A DNA stretch of 64,000 nt from Vulcanimicrobiales bacterium. GTDB taxonomy: Bacteria; Vulcanimicrobiota; Vulcanimicrobiia; Vulcanimicrobiales; Vulcanimicrobiaceae. Below the pieces are notes generated by a model, which saw only the letters and a list, made by a program, of their open reading frames with translations, was not told the DNA's origin and searched no databases. This document shows positions 36,425 through 45,651 of the stretch, one piece after another; positions within the stretch are counted from its first letter, which is position 1, and each line of letters begins with the position of its first letter. The stretch spans positions 27,147-91,146 of the forward strand of contig JBBRLI010000013.1 in the NCBI GenBank assembly GCA_038231455.1, written 5' to 3'. Both the position numbers and the translations under genes were made by a program.

Positions 36425-38003
36425 GACGCAAGTGCTGATCGTCGGCGCCGGGCCGGTCGGACTGACACTCGCACTCGATCTTGGGAAGCGCGGCGTTCGC
36501 TGCCTGATCGTCGACCGGAATACGAAGGCGAGCAAACTCCCGAAGATGGAGCGCTGTAACGCGCGCACGATGGAGATCTACCGTCGACTCGGCGTCGCCG
36601 ACCGCGTGCGCGCGGCCGGATTGCCGAGCGACGTGCCGATGGACGTGTTCCTCGCACCGTCGATGGCGGATTCCGCGACCGTGCATCTGCCCTATCCCTC
36701 GGTCGACGATGCAAAAGCGCAAATCGCCGCGCGGAACGATGGTTTCCCGCTCGAACCGTATCAATTGATATCGCAATACACGATCGAGCCATTGCTGCGT
36801 TCGCTCATCGCTGAAGAGCCGACCGTTACGATTCGTTTCGGCTACGATTTCGAACGATTCGATCAGAACGCGACGGGCATCACGGCCACGATCGTCCATC
36901 CAGCCGGCGTCCGGGAGACCATCGCTGCCGACTACATCGTCGGCTGCGACGGCGGTTCGAGTACCGTGCGTAAAGCGCTTGGCATTCCGCTCTCGGGCGA
37001 TGGCAACATCCGCAAACTTCGCCAAGCGCTCTTCTACGCGCCCGAGCTCTTCGAGAACGTTCCGATGGGAGGCGGTCGTCACTACCATCTGATGCAACCG
37101 CTCTTTCCGTTTGTCATCATTCAGGACAGCACCAAGCACTGGACCCTGCATGCACAAGCGGAGAGCGATGCCGAGATGCTGGAGATCTTCAAGCGTGCGG
37201 TGGGATTCGCAACGCCGATCGAGATGCTCTCGGTCAACGAGTGGACGCAGCATTTACTCTGCGCCGACCGCTATCGCGACCGTCGCGCGTTCATCGCCGG
37301 CGATGCCGCGCATCTCGTCATTCCAACCGGCGGCCTTGGGATGAATACCGGAGTCGGAGATGCGATCGATCTGGGATGGAAACTCGCTGCCGTGCTCGCG
37401 GGCTTCGGCGGCGAGGCACTGCTCGATTCGTACCAGAGCGAACGGCGACAAATCGGGCTGCGCAACGTGCGCGCCTCGGGAGCCGCGATGAAAGGTCGCT
37501 TCGAAGGCTGGCGTACCGCTCCCGATACGGCCGAGATGGCGCGACGGTTCGATGTCGAGCAGCGCAAAGTCACCGAGATTCTCGGGATCGAGGCGGGCTA
37601 TCGCTACGTCGACTCACCGGTCATTTGGAGCGAACCGGGCGAGGGTCCCGATCCCGACAATCGCGATTACGTGCCAACGACTTGGCCCGGTGCGCGGTTG
37701 CCGCACGTCTGGCTCGAAGACGGCAGTGCCCTTGCCGATCGAATTGGCAAAGGCTACACGATCTTGCGGTTAGGAACAACGCCACCGCACGTCGATGCGC
37801 TTGCAGACGCGCTTCGTATGCACGGAGCACCGGTCGAGGTGTTGAGGCTTCCGGACGCTGCGGCGCGGCGCATTCTCGAGCGCGATCTGATTCTTGTTCG
37901 ACCGGACTTGCACGTTGTCTGGCGCGGCGATACCTTGCCTGCCGATGCGGAGCGCATTGCGGCCGTAGCAACGGGTTTTGTGTTCGCCGATGCTCTCGGC
38001 TGA
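36417..38003 (+). CDS. FAD-dependent monooxygenase (aromatic hydroxylase family)
   Basis: VGAGPVG, GCDGGSSTVR, GDAAH...GGLGMNTG, PGARLPH, LVRPD. Confidence 0.9.
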   Translation: MTETQVLIVGAGPVGLTLALDLGKRGVRCLIVDRNTKASKLPKMERCNARTMEIYRRLGVADRVRAAGLPSDVPMDVFLAPSMADSATVHLPYPSVDDAKAQIAARNDGFPLEPYQLISQYTIEPLLRSLIAEEPTVTIRFGYDFERFDQNATGITATIVHPAGVRETIAADYIVGCDGGSSTVRKALGIPLSGDGNIRKLRQALFYAPELFENVPMGGGRHYHLMQPLFPFVIIQDSTKHWTLHAQAESDAEMLEIFKRAVGFATPIEMLSVNEWTQHLLCADRYRDRRAFIAGDAAHLVIPTGGLGMNTGVGDAIDLGWKLAAVLAGFGGEALLDSYQSERRQIGLRNVRASGAAMKGRFEGWRTAPDTAEMARRFDVEQRKVTEILGIEAGYRYVDSPVIWSEPGEGPDPDNRDYVPTTWPGARLPHVWLEDGSALADRIGKGYTILRLGTTPPHVDALADALRMHGAPVEVLRLPDAAARRILERDLILVRPDLHVVWRGDTLPADAERIAAVATGFVFADALG

Positions 38004-39276
38004 AGACAATGCGCGGCTGACGCGCGTCGGTGCGGGAACCCCCTGCGGATCGCTCCTGCGCCGCTATTGGCTGCCGTTCGCGCTTTCGTCAGAATTGCCG
38101 CAGGCGGATGGACCGCCGATCCGCGTGCGGCTCCTCGGTGAAGACCTCGTCGCGTATCGTACGCGCGAGCATGGCGTGGGTTTGGTCGATGCGTTTTGTC
38201 CGCACCGGCGCGCGCCGATGTTCTTCGGGCGAAACGAAGACGGCGGTTTGCGCTGCGTGTATCACGGGTGGAAATTCGAGGCCAGCGGCGCGTGCGTGGA
38301 CATGCCCTCCGAACCACCCGATTCGCTCTTCCGCACCAAAGTGCAGATCGCTGCGTATCCGACCTGGGAAGGCGGCGGGATGCTGTGGGCATATCTCGGT
38401 CCTGCATCGGAGCAGCCGCCGCCGCCGGACTACGAATTCGTGCGCGCACCGGCGACGCATCGCTTTACATCGAAACACGTCCAAGATTGCAATTGGCTCC
38501 AAGCGCTCGAAGGCGGACTCGATTCCTCGCACGCGACGATCATGCACAACATGCAGATCGGCGACCTTGCGTGGCTTGCTAACTACGAGCGGACTGTCCC
38601 GAAGATCGATGTTGAAAAAACCGCGTACGGCTATGCTTACACCGGGATCCGGCGTGTCGCCGGAAACCAGTGGGTGCGGCTCTATCAGTACATCATGCCC
38701 TCGATCCAAATGCGCGGGCGCATCAAAGGCCTGCTCGGCGGACACAGCGAGTACGTGAACGACGGCGACGTGCCGACGATCAACGGACACGTGTGGGTGC
38801 CGATGGACGACGGAACGGTGGCGGTGTACAACTTTTTGTATTCCTCCGACCCGGCGTTGCCGGTGACGCCGGAGTTCGCGCAGGCATCGGAAATACGCGA
38901 TGGGCGCGATCCCGCCCGCATCCGAGCGGACTTCCGCGGTACGCTCAACTTCGACAACGACTATGGCATCGATCGTGCGCTGCAGAAGACGTCGTCGTTC
39001 ACCGGGATCGACGGAATCAATCTTCAAGATGTGGCGCTGCAAGAAGGCATGGGCCGCTGTGTCGATCGCACGCGCGAACATCTCGGCACGACCGACCGCG
39101 CGATTATCGTCATGCGCCAACTGCTGCTCGCTGCCGTGCGTGACGTCGAGGAAAACCGCGCGCCGCGCGGCCTCGATCCCGCGACGTATCGCGATGTGCG
39201 TGCACTCGATCATCTCGTTCCGGCCGACGCCGACTGGCGCGTCGCGCTTGCAGCGGAAATGCTTGCCAAATTTTAA
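37990..39276 (+). CDS. Rieske non-heme iron oxygenase (phthalate 4,5-dioxygenase/LigXa-like)
   Basis: CPHR...CVYHGWKF Rieske motif, NWLQALEGGLDSSHATIMH, QD, EHLGTTD. Confidence 0.9.
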   Translation: MLSAEDNARLTRVGAGTPCGSLLRRYWLPFALSSELPQADGPPIRVRLLGEDLVAYRTREHGVGLVDAFCPHRRAPMFFGRNEDGGLRCVYHGWKFEASGACVDMPSEPPDSLFRTKVQIAAYPTWEGGGMLWAYLGPASEQPPPPDYEFVRAPATHRFTSKHVQDCNWLQALEGGLDSSHATIMHNMQIGDLAWLANYERTVPKIDVEKTAYGYAYTGIRRVAGNQWVRLYQYIMPSIQMRGRIKGLLGGHSEYVNDGDVPTINGHVWVPMDDGTVAVYNFLYSSDPALPVTPEFAQASEIRDGRDPARIRADFRGTLNFDNDYGIDRALQKTSSFTGIDGINLQDVALQEGMGRCVDRTREHLGTTDRAIIVMRQLLLAAVRDVEENRAPRGLDPATYRDVRALDHLVPADADWRVALAAEMLAKF

Positions 39277-39295
39277 CGCCACTAGGAGATCGATC

Positions 39296-40237
39296 ATGCG
39301 CATTCTCGCCTTCGCCCTCGCCGCATCGCTAGCCGTCCTCGCATCGCCCGCGGTTGGTGCGGATGCGCCGCTCACCCACGTGCGGATCGGCACGCCCGGC
39401 GGCGATGCGAACGCCGAAGCGTGGTACGCACAGGATGAAGGCTTCTTCCGGAAAGCGGGGATCGACGCCGAGACGCAAGCGATGCGTGGCAGCGGCGCGG
39501 GAACGACGGCGGCGGTCGTCGGCGGTGCGATCGACATCGGCGAGGCGGATCTTGTCGCGATTGCGGCGGCACGACAACACGGTGTTGCGCTCGTGATCCT
39601 CGCGCCCTCGGGCATGTATAGCGCGAGCGCTCCGACGACGGCACTGATCGGCGCAAAAAACGGAGCGATCCGCTCGGCAAAAGATCTGGACGGCAAGACC
39701 ATCGCCGTTCTGTCGCTCGAAGGTCCCTCGCGTGTGGGCACGTCGGCGTGGATCGAGAAAAACGGCGGACATCTCGAGACGGTCAAGTTTATCGAACTAG
39801 GAGCACCGCAGATGGGCGAGGCCGTCGCGCGCGGCACGGTCGATGCCGCGACCGTTCCCGAACCGTATCTCACCCTTGCAAAAGAAAAAGACCAAGTACT
39901 CGGCGACATCTATACGGCGATCGCATCGCGATTCGAAATCTCTGCGTGGTTCGCTACCGCCGATTGGGTCAAGAACAATCCGGCGACGGCGCGTGCCTTC
40001 GTCTCCGCAATGCGTGCGACCGCCCAGTGGGCGAACGTTCCGTCGAACCGACCGCGTTCGGGCGAGATTCTTGCAAAATATCGCAAGATCGAACCCGCGC
40101 TGCTCGAGCGGATGACGCGAGCGACCTACGGTGAAATCTACGATGCGCAGTTCGCGCAGCCGCTCCTCGATGCGGCGTTCAAATACCACTCGATCCCGCG
40201 GCCCCAAAGCGCACGCGAACTTTTCGCTGCGCCCTAG
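39296..40237 (+). CDS. ABC substrate-binding protein, NitT/TauT (paralog of 34791-35720)
   Basis: Signal peptide, GFFRKAGID, GGAIDIG, DLDGKTIAV; AGGAG RBS. Confidence 0.85.
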   Translation: MRILAFALAASLAVLASPAVGADAPLTHVRIGTPGGDANAEAWYAQDEGFFRKAGIDAETQAMRGSGAGTTAAVVGGAIDIGEADLVAIAAARQHGVALVILAPSGMYSASAPTTALIGAKNGAIRSAKDLDGKTIAVLSLEGPSRVGTSAWIEKNGGHLETVKFIELGAPQMGEAVARGTVDAATVPEPYLTLAKEKDQVLGDIYTAIASRFEISAWFATADWVKNNPATARAFVSAMRATAQWANVPSNRPRSGEILAKYRKIEPALLERMTRATYGEIYDAQFAQPLLDAAFKYHSIPRPQSARELFAAP

Positions 40238-40405
40238 CAAATCCGCGTTCGAGCGCAATCCGAGCGAGTGGTACGCACTACCGCCGTGCTCCTAAAGAAC
40301 GTACAGCGCGATCGGACCGGAAGCAGTCCACTTGAGAGGATCGTTCGGCTGGCGTAGTGTCTGAAATACTAGTTAGATAGAATTTTGTGATGTAGGAGTG
40401 CCTGG

Positions 40406-40789
40406 ATGCCGCGTAAGCGTTCCGAAACGTTGACCGATCACGAATTGCGACTGATGAATGTCCTTTGGAAACGCGCCTCCGCGACGGTGGCCGACATCGT
40501 CGAGTCGCTCGAACCGCCGCCGCTGGCGTACACGACCGTCATGACGACGCTAGGGACGCTTGAGGCCAAAGGCTACGTTTCGCATTCGAAATCGGGACGG
40601 GCGTTCGTCTACCGGCCCATCGTCGAGCGTGCGCAGGCGGCGACGTCGCTGCTCGATACGTTGCTCGAACGATTCTTCGGAAGTTCGCCCGGCGTTCTTG
40701 CGTTGAGTTTGATCGAAGACGAGCGACTCTCCGATGACGACGTCGCGAAACTCAAGCGCGTTATCGCGCAGAAGAAGCGCAAGGCATGA
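40406..40789 (+). CDS. BlaI/MecI/CopY family repressor
   Basis: LTDHELRLMNVLW, LAYTTVMT, GRAFVYRP, FFGSS. Confidence 0.9.
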   Translation: MPRKRSETLTDHELRLMNVLWKRASATVADIVESLEPPPLAYTTVMTTLGTLEAKGYVSHSKSGRAFVYRPIVERAQAATSLLDTLLERFFGSSPGVLALSLIEDERLSDDDVAKLKRVIAQKKRKA

Positions 40790-41982
40790 ACACGATCGCG
40801 CGTGACGTTCTCGACATTCTTATCGCGGGCGTATGGCAAGATGCCGGAATCGCGCTCATCGGACTTACGATCCTCGCTGTTGGAGGGGTCCGGCTGAGCG
40901 CTCGAACGCGCACGCTTGCGATGCAGTTTTTGCTCGCGACGATGGTCCTTGTTCCGCTACTGACGACGGTTCCCAAACTGACTTCGTCGACGATCCGCGA
41001 AGTCGCAATCGCGCGGGCTGCGAGCCCGCCGAACATTGCTCCCCAGAAACCAGAGCTCCGCGTTGTCTCCCCCGACGGGGCCGTTCTTGTGTGCGCCGGG
41101 CTTTGGCTCCTCGGTGTCACACTCTACAGTTTACGATTGCTGAAAAGCACCGTCAGTCTTGCGCGGTTCGTCCGGCGCTGTGCGCCGATTAGGCTGCGCG
41201 GAAGCGTGCTGTTGCTAAGTTCACCCGACATTACGGTTCCGTTCGCATTCGGATTTTTGCATCCGCGTATCATGCTGCCACAGGACCTTGTCGAGCGAGG
41301 GGGCGAGGAGTTCGACTGCATCGTGCTTCACGAACTCGCACACGTGCGCCACGGCGATGCGTGGCTCAACGCGTTCGAGCGAATCGTCCAGACGTTGCTT
41401 TACTTTAATCCGGCGATCGCCATTGTTCTGCGATCGATCGCGATCGAACGCGAAGCTGCGTGCGATGACTGGGCAATCGATGAACGATGCGATCTCGATG
41501 CATACGTTCGAAGCTTAGCGTCCTTCGCGCTCCGCTGCACGCAACCACAAAAGCTTCCGGCCCTTGGTGTGTCGAGCTTTGTGCATGGAACGTTGAAACG
41601 ACTGCAGCGCCTCGAGGATACGCGTTACAATCGCGCTGTCACACACTTGACTTGGGCTTTGGGAGGTTTTTCCGTTATGCTTCTGTTCATCGCGCTTAGT
41701 TTTCAGTTGTTCGCCCCGTCGATCGCGCTTGCGAGCGAATCCGCGCAGATCATCGTTTCGATTGACGCGCACGATCGCGTGCAGATCGAGTCCAAGTTCA
41801 TCTCACCCGTGAACTTGCCCGAGACGTTTAAAACACTCAAAGCGAATGCGGGCGGCCGACGGAAATCGATCGTCATCAAAGCGGATCCGAAAGCGACGTA
41901 CGGCGCGATTCTCCGCGTCATGGATGCGGCAAAGTCGGTTGACCTGATCGACTACCAGCGCCGGTTGAGATCCTCGGCGTAA
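40786..41982 (+). CDS. M56 (BlaR1-like) metallopeptidase with C-terminal ExbD/TolR-like domain
   Basis: PFAFGFLHPRIMLP, HELAH, FNP, REAACDD; C-terminal IVIKADPKATYGAILRVMDAAK. Confidence 0.82.
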   Translation: MNTIARDVLDILIAGVWQDAGIALIGLTILAVGGVRLSARTRTLAMQFLLATMVLVPLLTTVPKLTSSTIREVAIARAASPPNIAPQKPELRVVSPDGAVLVCAGLWLLGVTLYSLRLLKSTVSLARFVRRCAPIRLRGSVLLLSSPDITVPFAFGFLHPRIMLPQDLVERGGEEFDCIVLHELAHVRHGDAWLNAFERIVQTLLYFNPAIAIVLRSIAIEREAACDDWAIDERCDLDAYVRSLASFALRCTQPQKLPALGVSSFVHGTLKRLQRLEDTRYNRAVTHLTWALGGFSVMLLFIALSFQLFAPSIALASESAQIIVSIDAHDRVQIESKFISPVNLPETFKTLKANAGGRRKSIVIKADPKATYGAILRVMDAAKSVDLIDYQRRLRSSA

Positions 41983-42437
41983 AGTTCGATCGCGCGATGG
42001 TACATCGTGATTGACGGGTCGGTGCTGCTGCGAGCAAGTTCGCGCAGCAGCGTTGCAATCGCCGCGTGATGCTCGCCGCGATTGTAGTCGTTCATCGCGC
42101 GGAAGACACGAAAAGCGGCGTTTGAGGGATAGAGAAGAACGCCACCGCCGAGCACGCGTTCCGCATCATCCAGACGTCCGAGCGCACGAAGTGAACTCCC
42201 GAGTCCCAGCATCGCGTTCTCGCGTTCGGGCTCGCCGAGTCCGGCGGCCAACGCGAATTCGTAGTGGCCCACGGCCTCGGCTTCGCGGCCGAGCACGTCG
42301 AGCGTCCAGGCAAGCTGATACTGCGCCATCGCATCGGATGGATCGCGGACGACGATGGTTTGCGCGAACAGAAGCGCCTTCTCGGTGTTCCCGGCCTCGC
42401 GCAAGGCCATGATCTCGATGAGTTTTTTTGGATTCAC
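41952..42437 (-). CDS. Tetratricopeptide repeat protein
   Basis: YQLAWTLDVLGREAEAVGHY, LGLGSSLRALG. Confidence 0.8.
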   Translation of the reverse strand: MNPKKLIEIMALREAGNTEKALLFAQTIVVRDPSDAMAQYQLAWTLDVLGREAEAVGHYEFALAAGLGEPERENAMLGLGSSLRALGRLDDAERVLGGGVLLYPSNAAFRVFRAMNDYNRGEHHAAIATLLRELARSSTDPSITMYHRAIELYAEDLNRRW

Positions 42438-42445
42438 GCAGCCTC

Positions 42446-42478
42446 AAAAGAAAAAGCCGCCGGCAATCGCCGACGGCT
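42446..42478 (-). terminator. Intrinsic terminator after rpsT
   Basis: Minus strand agccgtcggc-gatt-gccggcggct followed by T-rich tail. Confidence 0.7.
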
Positions 42479-42502
42479 CACTCGTTCATCGCGGAGCGGG
42501 AA

Positions 42503-42817
42503 TTACTTGGCTTTTGCCTTGCTCTTCGCGCCGACTTTTTTGGTGCGCTTTTCAGCGGCAACCGGCGCCGGAGTTGCCTTGAAGAGGGCAACGGCTTTGG
42601 CCAGGCGCGACTTCTTGCGGGCAGCTTTGTTGGGGTGGATAATCCCTTTTTGGGCCGCTTTGTCAAACTGACTCTCAACCGCGCGCACGACCATGTCGTC
42701 GCTCGAGGTCTTGGCCTTCTTGAAAACGGTCTTCAGACGCGTCTTCACATCGAGATTGCGCTTGGTGCGCTTCTCGGTCTGGCGAGTCCATTTAATGGCG
42801 GCTTTGATATTCGGCAA
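42503..42817 (-). CDS. rpsT: 30S ribosomal protein S20
   Basis: PNIKAAIK...RN...DKAAQKGIIHPNKAARKKSRL; TTG start with GGAG RBS. Confidence 0.93.
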   Translation of the reverse strand: MPNIKAAIKWTRQTEKRTKRNLDVKTRLKTVFKKAKTSSDDMVVRAVESQFDKAAQKGIIHPNKAARKKSRLAKAVALFKATPAPVAAEKRTKKVGAKSKAKAK

Positions 42818-42906
42818 GGTCGGCTCCGTGCGTGCAAAGATCGCCCCGGTCCTCCGACCGCGGGCACAAAGGCTAGGCTACCACAGAATGTGCCACGCGA
42901 CAAGCG

Positions 42907-43794
42907 CTATCGGCCTGGGCCGCTGACCATTTCCCGATAGCTGCCGTATCGGCTCTTGGCGATGGCCCCCGAATCCACGGCTTCAAGAACGGCGCAGTTG
43001 GGCTCGGCGATATGACGGCAATCGCCGAAACGGCACCGGGCAACGAACGGGGCGAATTCGACAAAGAGCTGCGCCAGCTCCCCGTGCGGCATCGGATCGA
43101 GCTCGAATTCGCCGATCCCGGGGCTATCGATGAGAAAGCCGCCGCCCAGTTCGTAGAGCCGGGCCGAGGTCGTGGTCTGCTTGCCGTGTCCGAACTTCGA
43201 GAGGTCGCCGACGACGCCAATGCCGCCGAGCGCTTTGAAGATCGAACTTTTGCCGACGCCCGAGTTGCCCACGAGCAAGGCTTTCAGGCCTTTGATCGCC
43301 TCGCGCAAGTCTTCGATGCCCTCGCCGGACTTCGGCTGGAGCATCAGTGTCTGCGTTCCAATCGAGTCGTAAAGCGCCCGGGTGGCATCAGCTGCTCCCG
43401 GCGGCGCAAGATCGGCCTTCGTAAGAAGAAGCATCGATCGAACCCCGTGTTGCGTCGCGAATGCAACCAGGCGGTCGATCATGGCGAGATGCAGCGCCGG
43501 TTCGACGATCGCTGCAACGATCGCCACGGTGTCGATATTCGCCGCCATCGTTTTCGTCCGGCCGCCCGGTGTATGGCGAACCAGTGCGAAACTGCGCGGC
43601 TCGGTCGAATCGATGACGGTGCGGTCGTCGTCCATCGCGGATGCTCGCACGCGGTCGCCCGGCACGATCATCTCCGCGTGCCGGTCGCCTTTCCGTAGGC
43701 TTGCGAGACGCGGCTCGGATTCGCCATCGAAGACGACCCAGGCCGCATTGCGGCCGACGGCAATCACGCGGCCGGTAAATGAACGCTCGGGCAC
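42907..43794 (-). CDS. rsgA: Ribosome small subunit-dependent GTPase A
   Basis: TKAD, GNSGVGKSS, GKQTTT, DSPG, CRFGDCRHIAEPNC. Confidence 0.92.
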   Translation of the reverse strand: MPERSFTGRVIAVGRNAAWVVFDGESEPRLASLRKGDRHAEMIVPGDRVRASAMDDDRTVIDSTEPRSFALVRHTPGGRTKTMAANIDTVAIVAAIVEPALHLAMIDRLVAFATQHGVRSMLLLTKADLAPPGAADATRALYDSIGTQTLMLQPKSGEGIEDLREAIKGLKALLVGNSGVGKSSIFKALGGIGVVGDLSKFGHGKQTTTSARLYELGGGFLIDSPGIGEFELDPMPHGELAQLFVEFAPFVARCRFGDCRHIAEPNCAVLEAVDSGAIAKSRYGSYREMVSGPGR

Positions 43795-43800
43795 GGCGCT

Positions 43801-43807
43801 TAATCTA
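43801..43807. promoter_or_regulatory. Symmetric bidirectional -10 element (TAATCT on +, TAGATT on -)
   Basis: Lies 6 and 7 nt from the two divergent GTG starts at 43813 and 43794. Confidence 0.55.
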
Positions 43808-43812
43808 CCACG

Positions 43813-44154
43813 GTGAACGTTTTGCTGCGCGTCGCCCTGCGCATCGATGATGCGGACGCGCGCGACGCCGTGCGCGACGCCGTCTTTGGCGCGGGTCGGC
43901 CCGCGGGCGTGGTCGCGTGCGAGATGCAAGAAAACGAACTGATCATCGACGTGAACGATGCTACCACACCGATCGAACTTGTCCTCACGATTGCCGACCT
44001 CGAACTGCAGCGGTTCCGGTTGCCGCGTCGCGTCCGGCTGATCGGCGATCTGCCGGATGCAACGGCGGTGCGCATTGCGGCTGCGGGCCTGGGCGAGCCG
44101 GACCTCACCGTCGCGCGGCTCTTGGAAACGTATCTTCCGGAGGACACCGCGTGA
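43813..44154 (+). CDS. Hypothetical protein, first gene of the cdaA operon
   Basis: GTGA overlap with cdaA, GGAGG at its 3' end. Confidence 0.6.
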   Translation: MNVLLRVALRIDDADARDAVRDAVFGAGRPAGVVACEMQENELIIDVNDATTPIELVLTIADLELQRFRLPRRVRLIGDLPDATAVRIAAAGLGEPDLTVARLLETYLPEDTA

Positions 44155-45008
44155 CGCTGCCGGGCTCGTTTTCCTTCACGCTGCCCGACGCGATCGACAT
44201 CATCGCGACGAGCATCCTTGCGTATTATTTGCTACTGCTCATCCGCGGGACGCGCGCGGTGCAGATCATGCTCGGGCTCTTCGTGCTCGTGATCGTGCTC
44301 GCGCTCTCGAATCTCTTACATCTGCTCGTGCTCGCAACGGTCATGCAGTATCTCTTGCTCGGTACGGCGGTTACATTGCCAATCGTCTTTCAGCCCGAAC
44401 TCCGGCGCGCACTCGAACAGATCGGCCGCGGCGGGTTTCTTGCGCGACCGCAAACGACCGAAGAGAATCTCGCGGTGACCGAAGCCGTCGCGATCATTTC
44501 TCAGGCGGCGTTCGGACTCTCCCGCGAGCGCATCGGCGCGCTTATCGTGATCGAACAAGCAACCGGCTTACGCGAATTCCTGGAGAGCGGAACGCAGCTC
44601 GACGCCCGGATCTCGATCCCGCTGCTGGCCTCACTCTTCAACCCGCGCTCTCCGCTCCACGACGGGGCAGCGATTGTGCGCGGCGCGACCATCGAGAGCG
44701 CCGGTTGCTATCTGCCGCTCTCCGATGCGATCGTGACGGACCGCCATTTTGGCACCCGCCATCGCGCGGCGCTCGGGCTCTCCGAACAAACGGATGCCGT
44801 GATCGTGGTCGTCTCCGAAGAGACGGGCTTCGTCTCGGTTGCACGCGACGGTCGGCTCTCGGTTGAGATCGACAATGAAGAGCGCCTGCGCAAGGTGCTC
44901 TATGCATGCGTACGCGAGACCCGCTCGCCTCGCCAGGCCGCCGGCGGCATTCTCGCTAAAATCCGACTCCCACGTGCTAACACTCGTACGGAAAAACTTC
45001 GGACTTAA
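44151..45008 (+). CDS. cdaA: Membrane diadenylate cyclase CdaA (DacA)
   Basis: Three N-terminal TM segments, FQPELRRALE, PLHDGA, GTRHRAA, VSEETG. Confidence 0.93.
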   Translation: MTLPGSFSFTLPDAIDIIATSILAYYLLLLIRGTRAVQIMLGLFVLVIVLALSNLLHLLVLATVMQYLLLGTAVTLPIVFQPELRRALEQIGRGGFLARPQTTEENLAVTEAVAIISQAAFGLSRERIGALIVIEQATGLREFLESGTQLDARISIPLLASLFNPRSPLHDGAAIVRGATIESAGCYLPLSDAIVTDRHFGTRHRAALGLSEQTDAVIVVVSEETGFVSVARDGRLSVEIDNEERLRKVLYACVRETRSPRQAAGGILAKIRLPRANTRTEKLRT

Positions 45009-45651
45009 GATTTTGGCTCTCGCTCTAGCCGTCTCGGCCTGGGCCTATTTCCATTACTCGGCGAGTCCTCAAATTACGGCGCACTTCGATCAACAACTGA
45101 GCGTGCCGATTACCCTGACCGGTCTACGAGCCGGCAGCGTCGCGCGATTCAACGAACGAGAAGCCCTCGTCACGATCGTCGCGCCGCGCAACGGTCCTGC
45201 GATCAAACCCGATCAGGTTAAAGCCGTTCTCAACCTCGATGAGAAGGCCGCCGGCGTCTACAATATTCCGATTCAGATTATCGCTCCGCCGCTGGACATC
45301 CGGTCGTTCTCGCCGGCCTCGGTGACGCTCGAAATCGCGCGCCTCGAGGAGCGTAGCGTCCCGATCGCCATCGACTATACCGGCGATCGAAAAGGCAGCA
45401 TCGTGGTCGACAGCGTGGCGGTGTCGCCGCGCACGACGACCTTGCACGGCACCGCAAACGATCTTGCGCGCGTGAACGCCGTACGGATTGCGATTCCGTT
45501 CTTGCACGATGCGACGACCTACGATGCGATGACGAAGCCCATCGCAACCGATCTGCGCGGCAATGAAGTTTCCGGCGTTCAAGTCTTTCCCAGTGCCGTT
45601 CGCGTTCGCGTCCGGTTCGTTAAACCCGATACGGAGAAAAAAGCCCCGTGA
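44974..45651 (+). CDS. cdaR: CdaR/YbbR-domain regulator of CdaA
   Basis: N-terminal 'NFGLKILALALAV' TM, YbbR-like beta repeats, position between cdaA and glmM. Confidence 0.8.
   Translation: MLTLVRKNFGLKILALALAVSAWAYFHYSASPQITAHFDQQLSVPITLTGLRAGSVARFNEREALVTIVAPRNGPAIKPDQVKAVLNLDEKAAGVYNIPIQIIAPPLDIRSFSPASVTLEIARLEERSVPIAIDYTGDRKGSIVVDSVAVSPRTTTLHGTANDLARVNAVRIAIPFLHDATTYDAMTKPIATDLRGNEVSGVQVFPSAVRVRVRFVKPDTEKKAP

Noticed and set aside
40238-40366. Possible structured RNA (cactac/gtagtg and ggac/gtcc pairings, GGAAGCAG as in SRP RNA)
   Set aside because: Short pairings are expected at this GC content and the full SRP motif is absent
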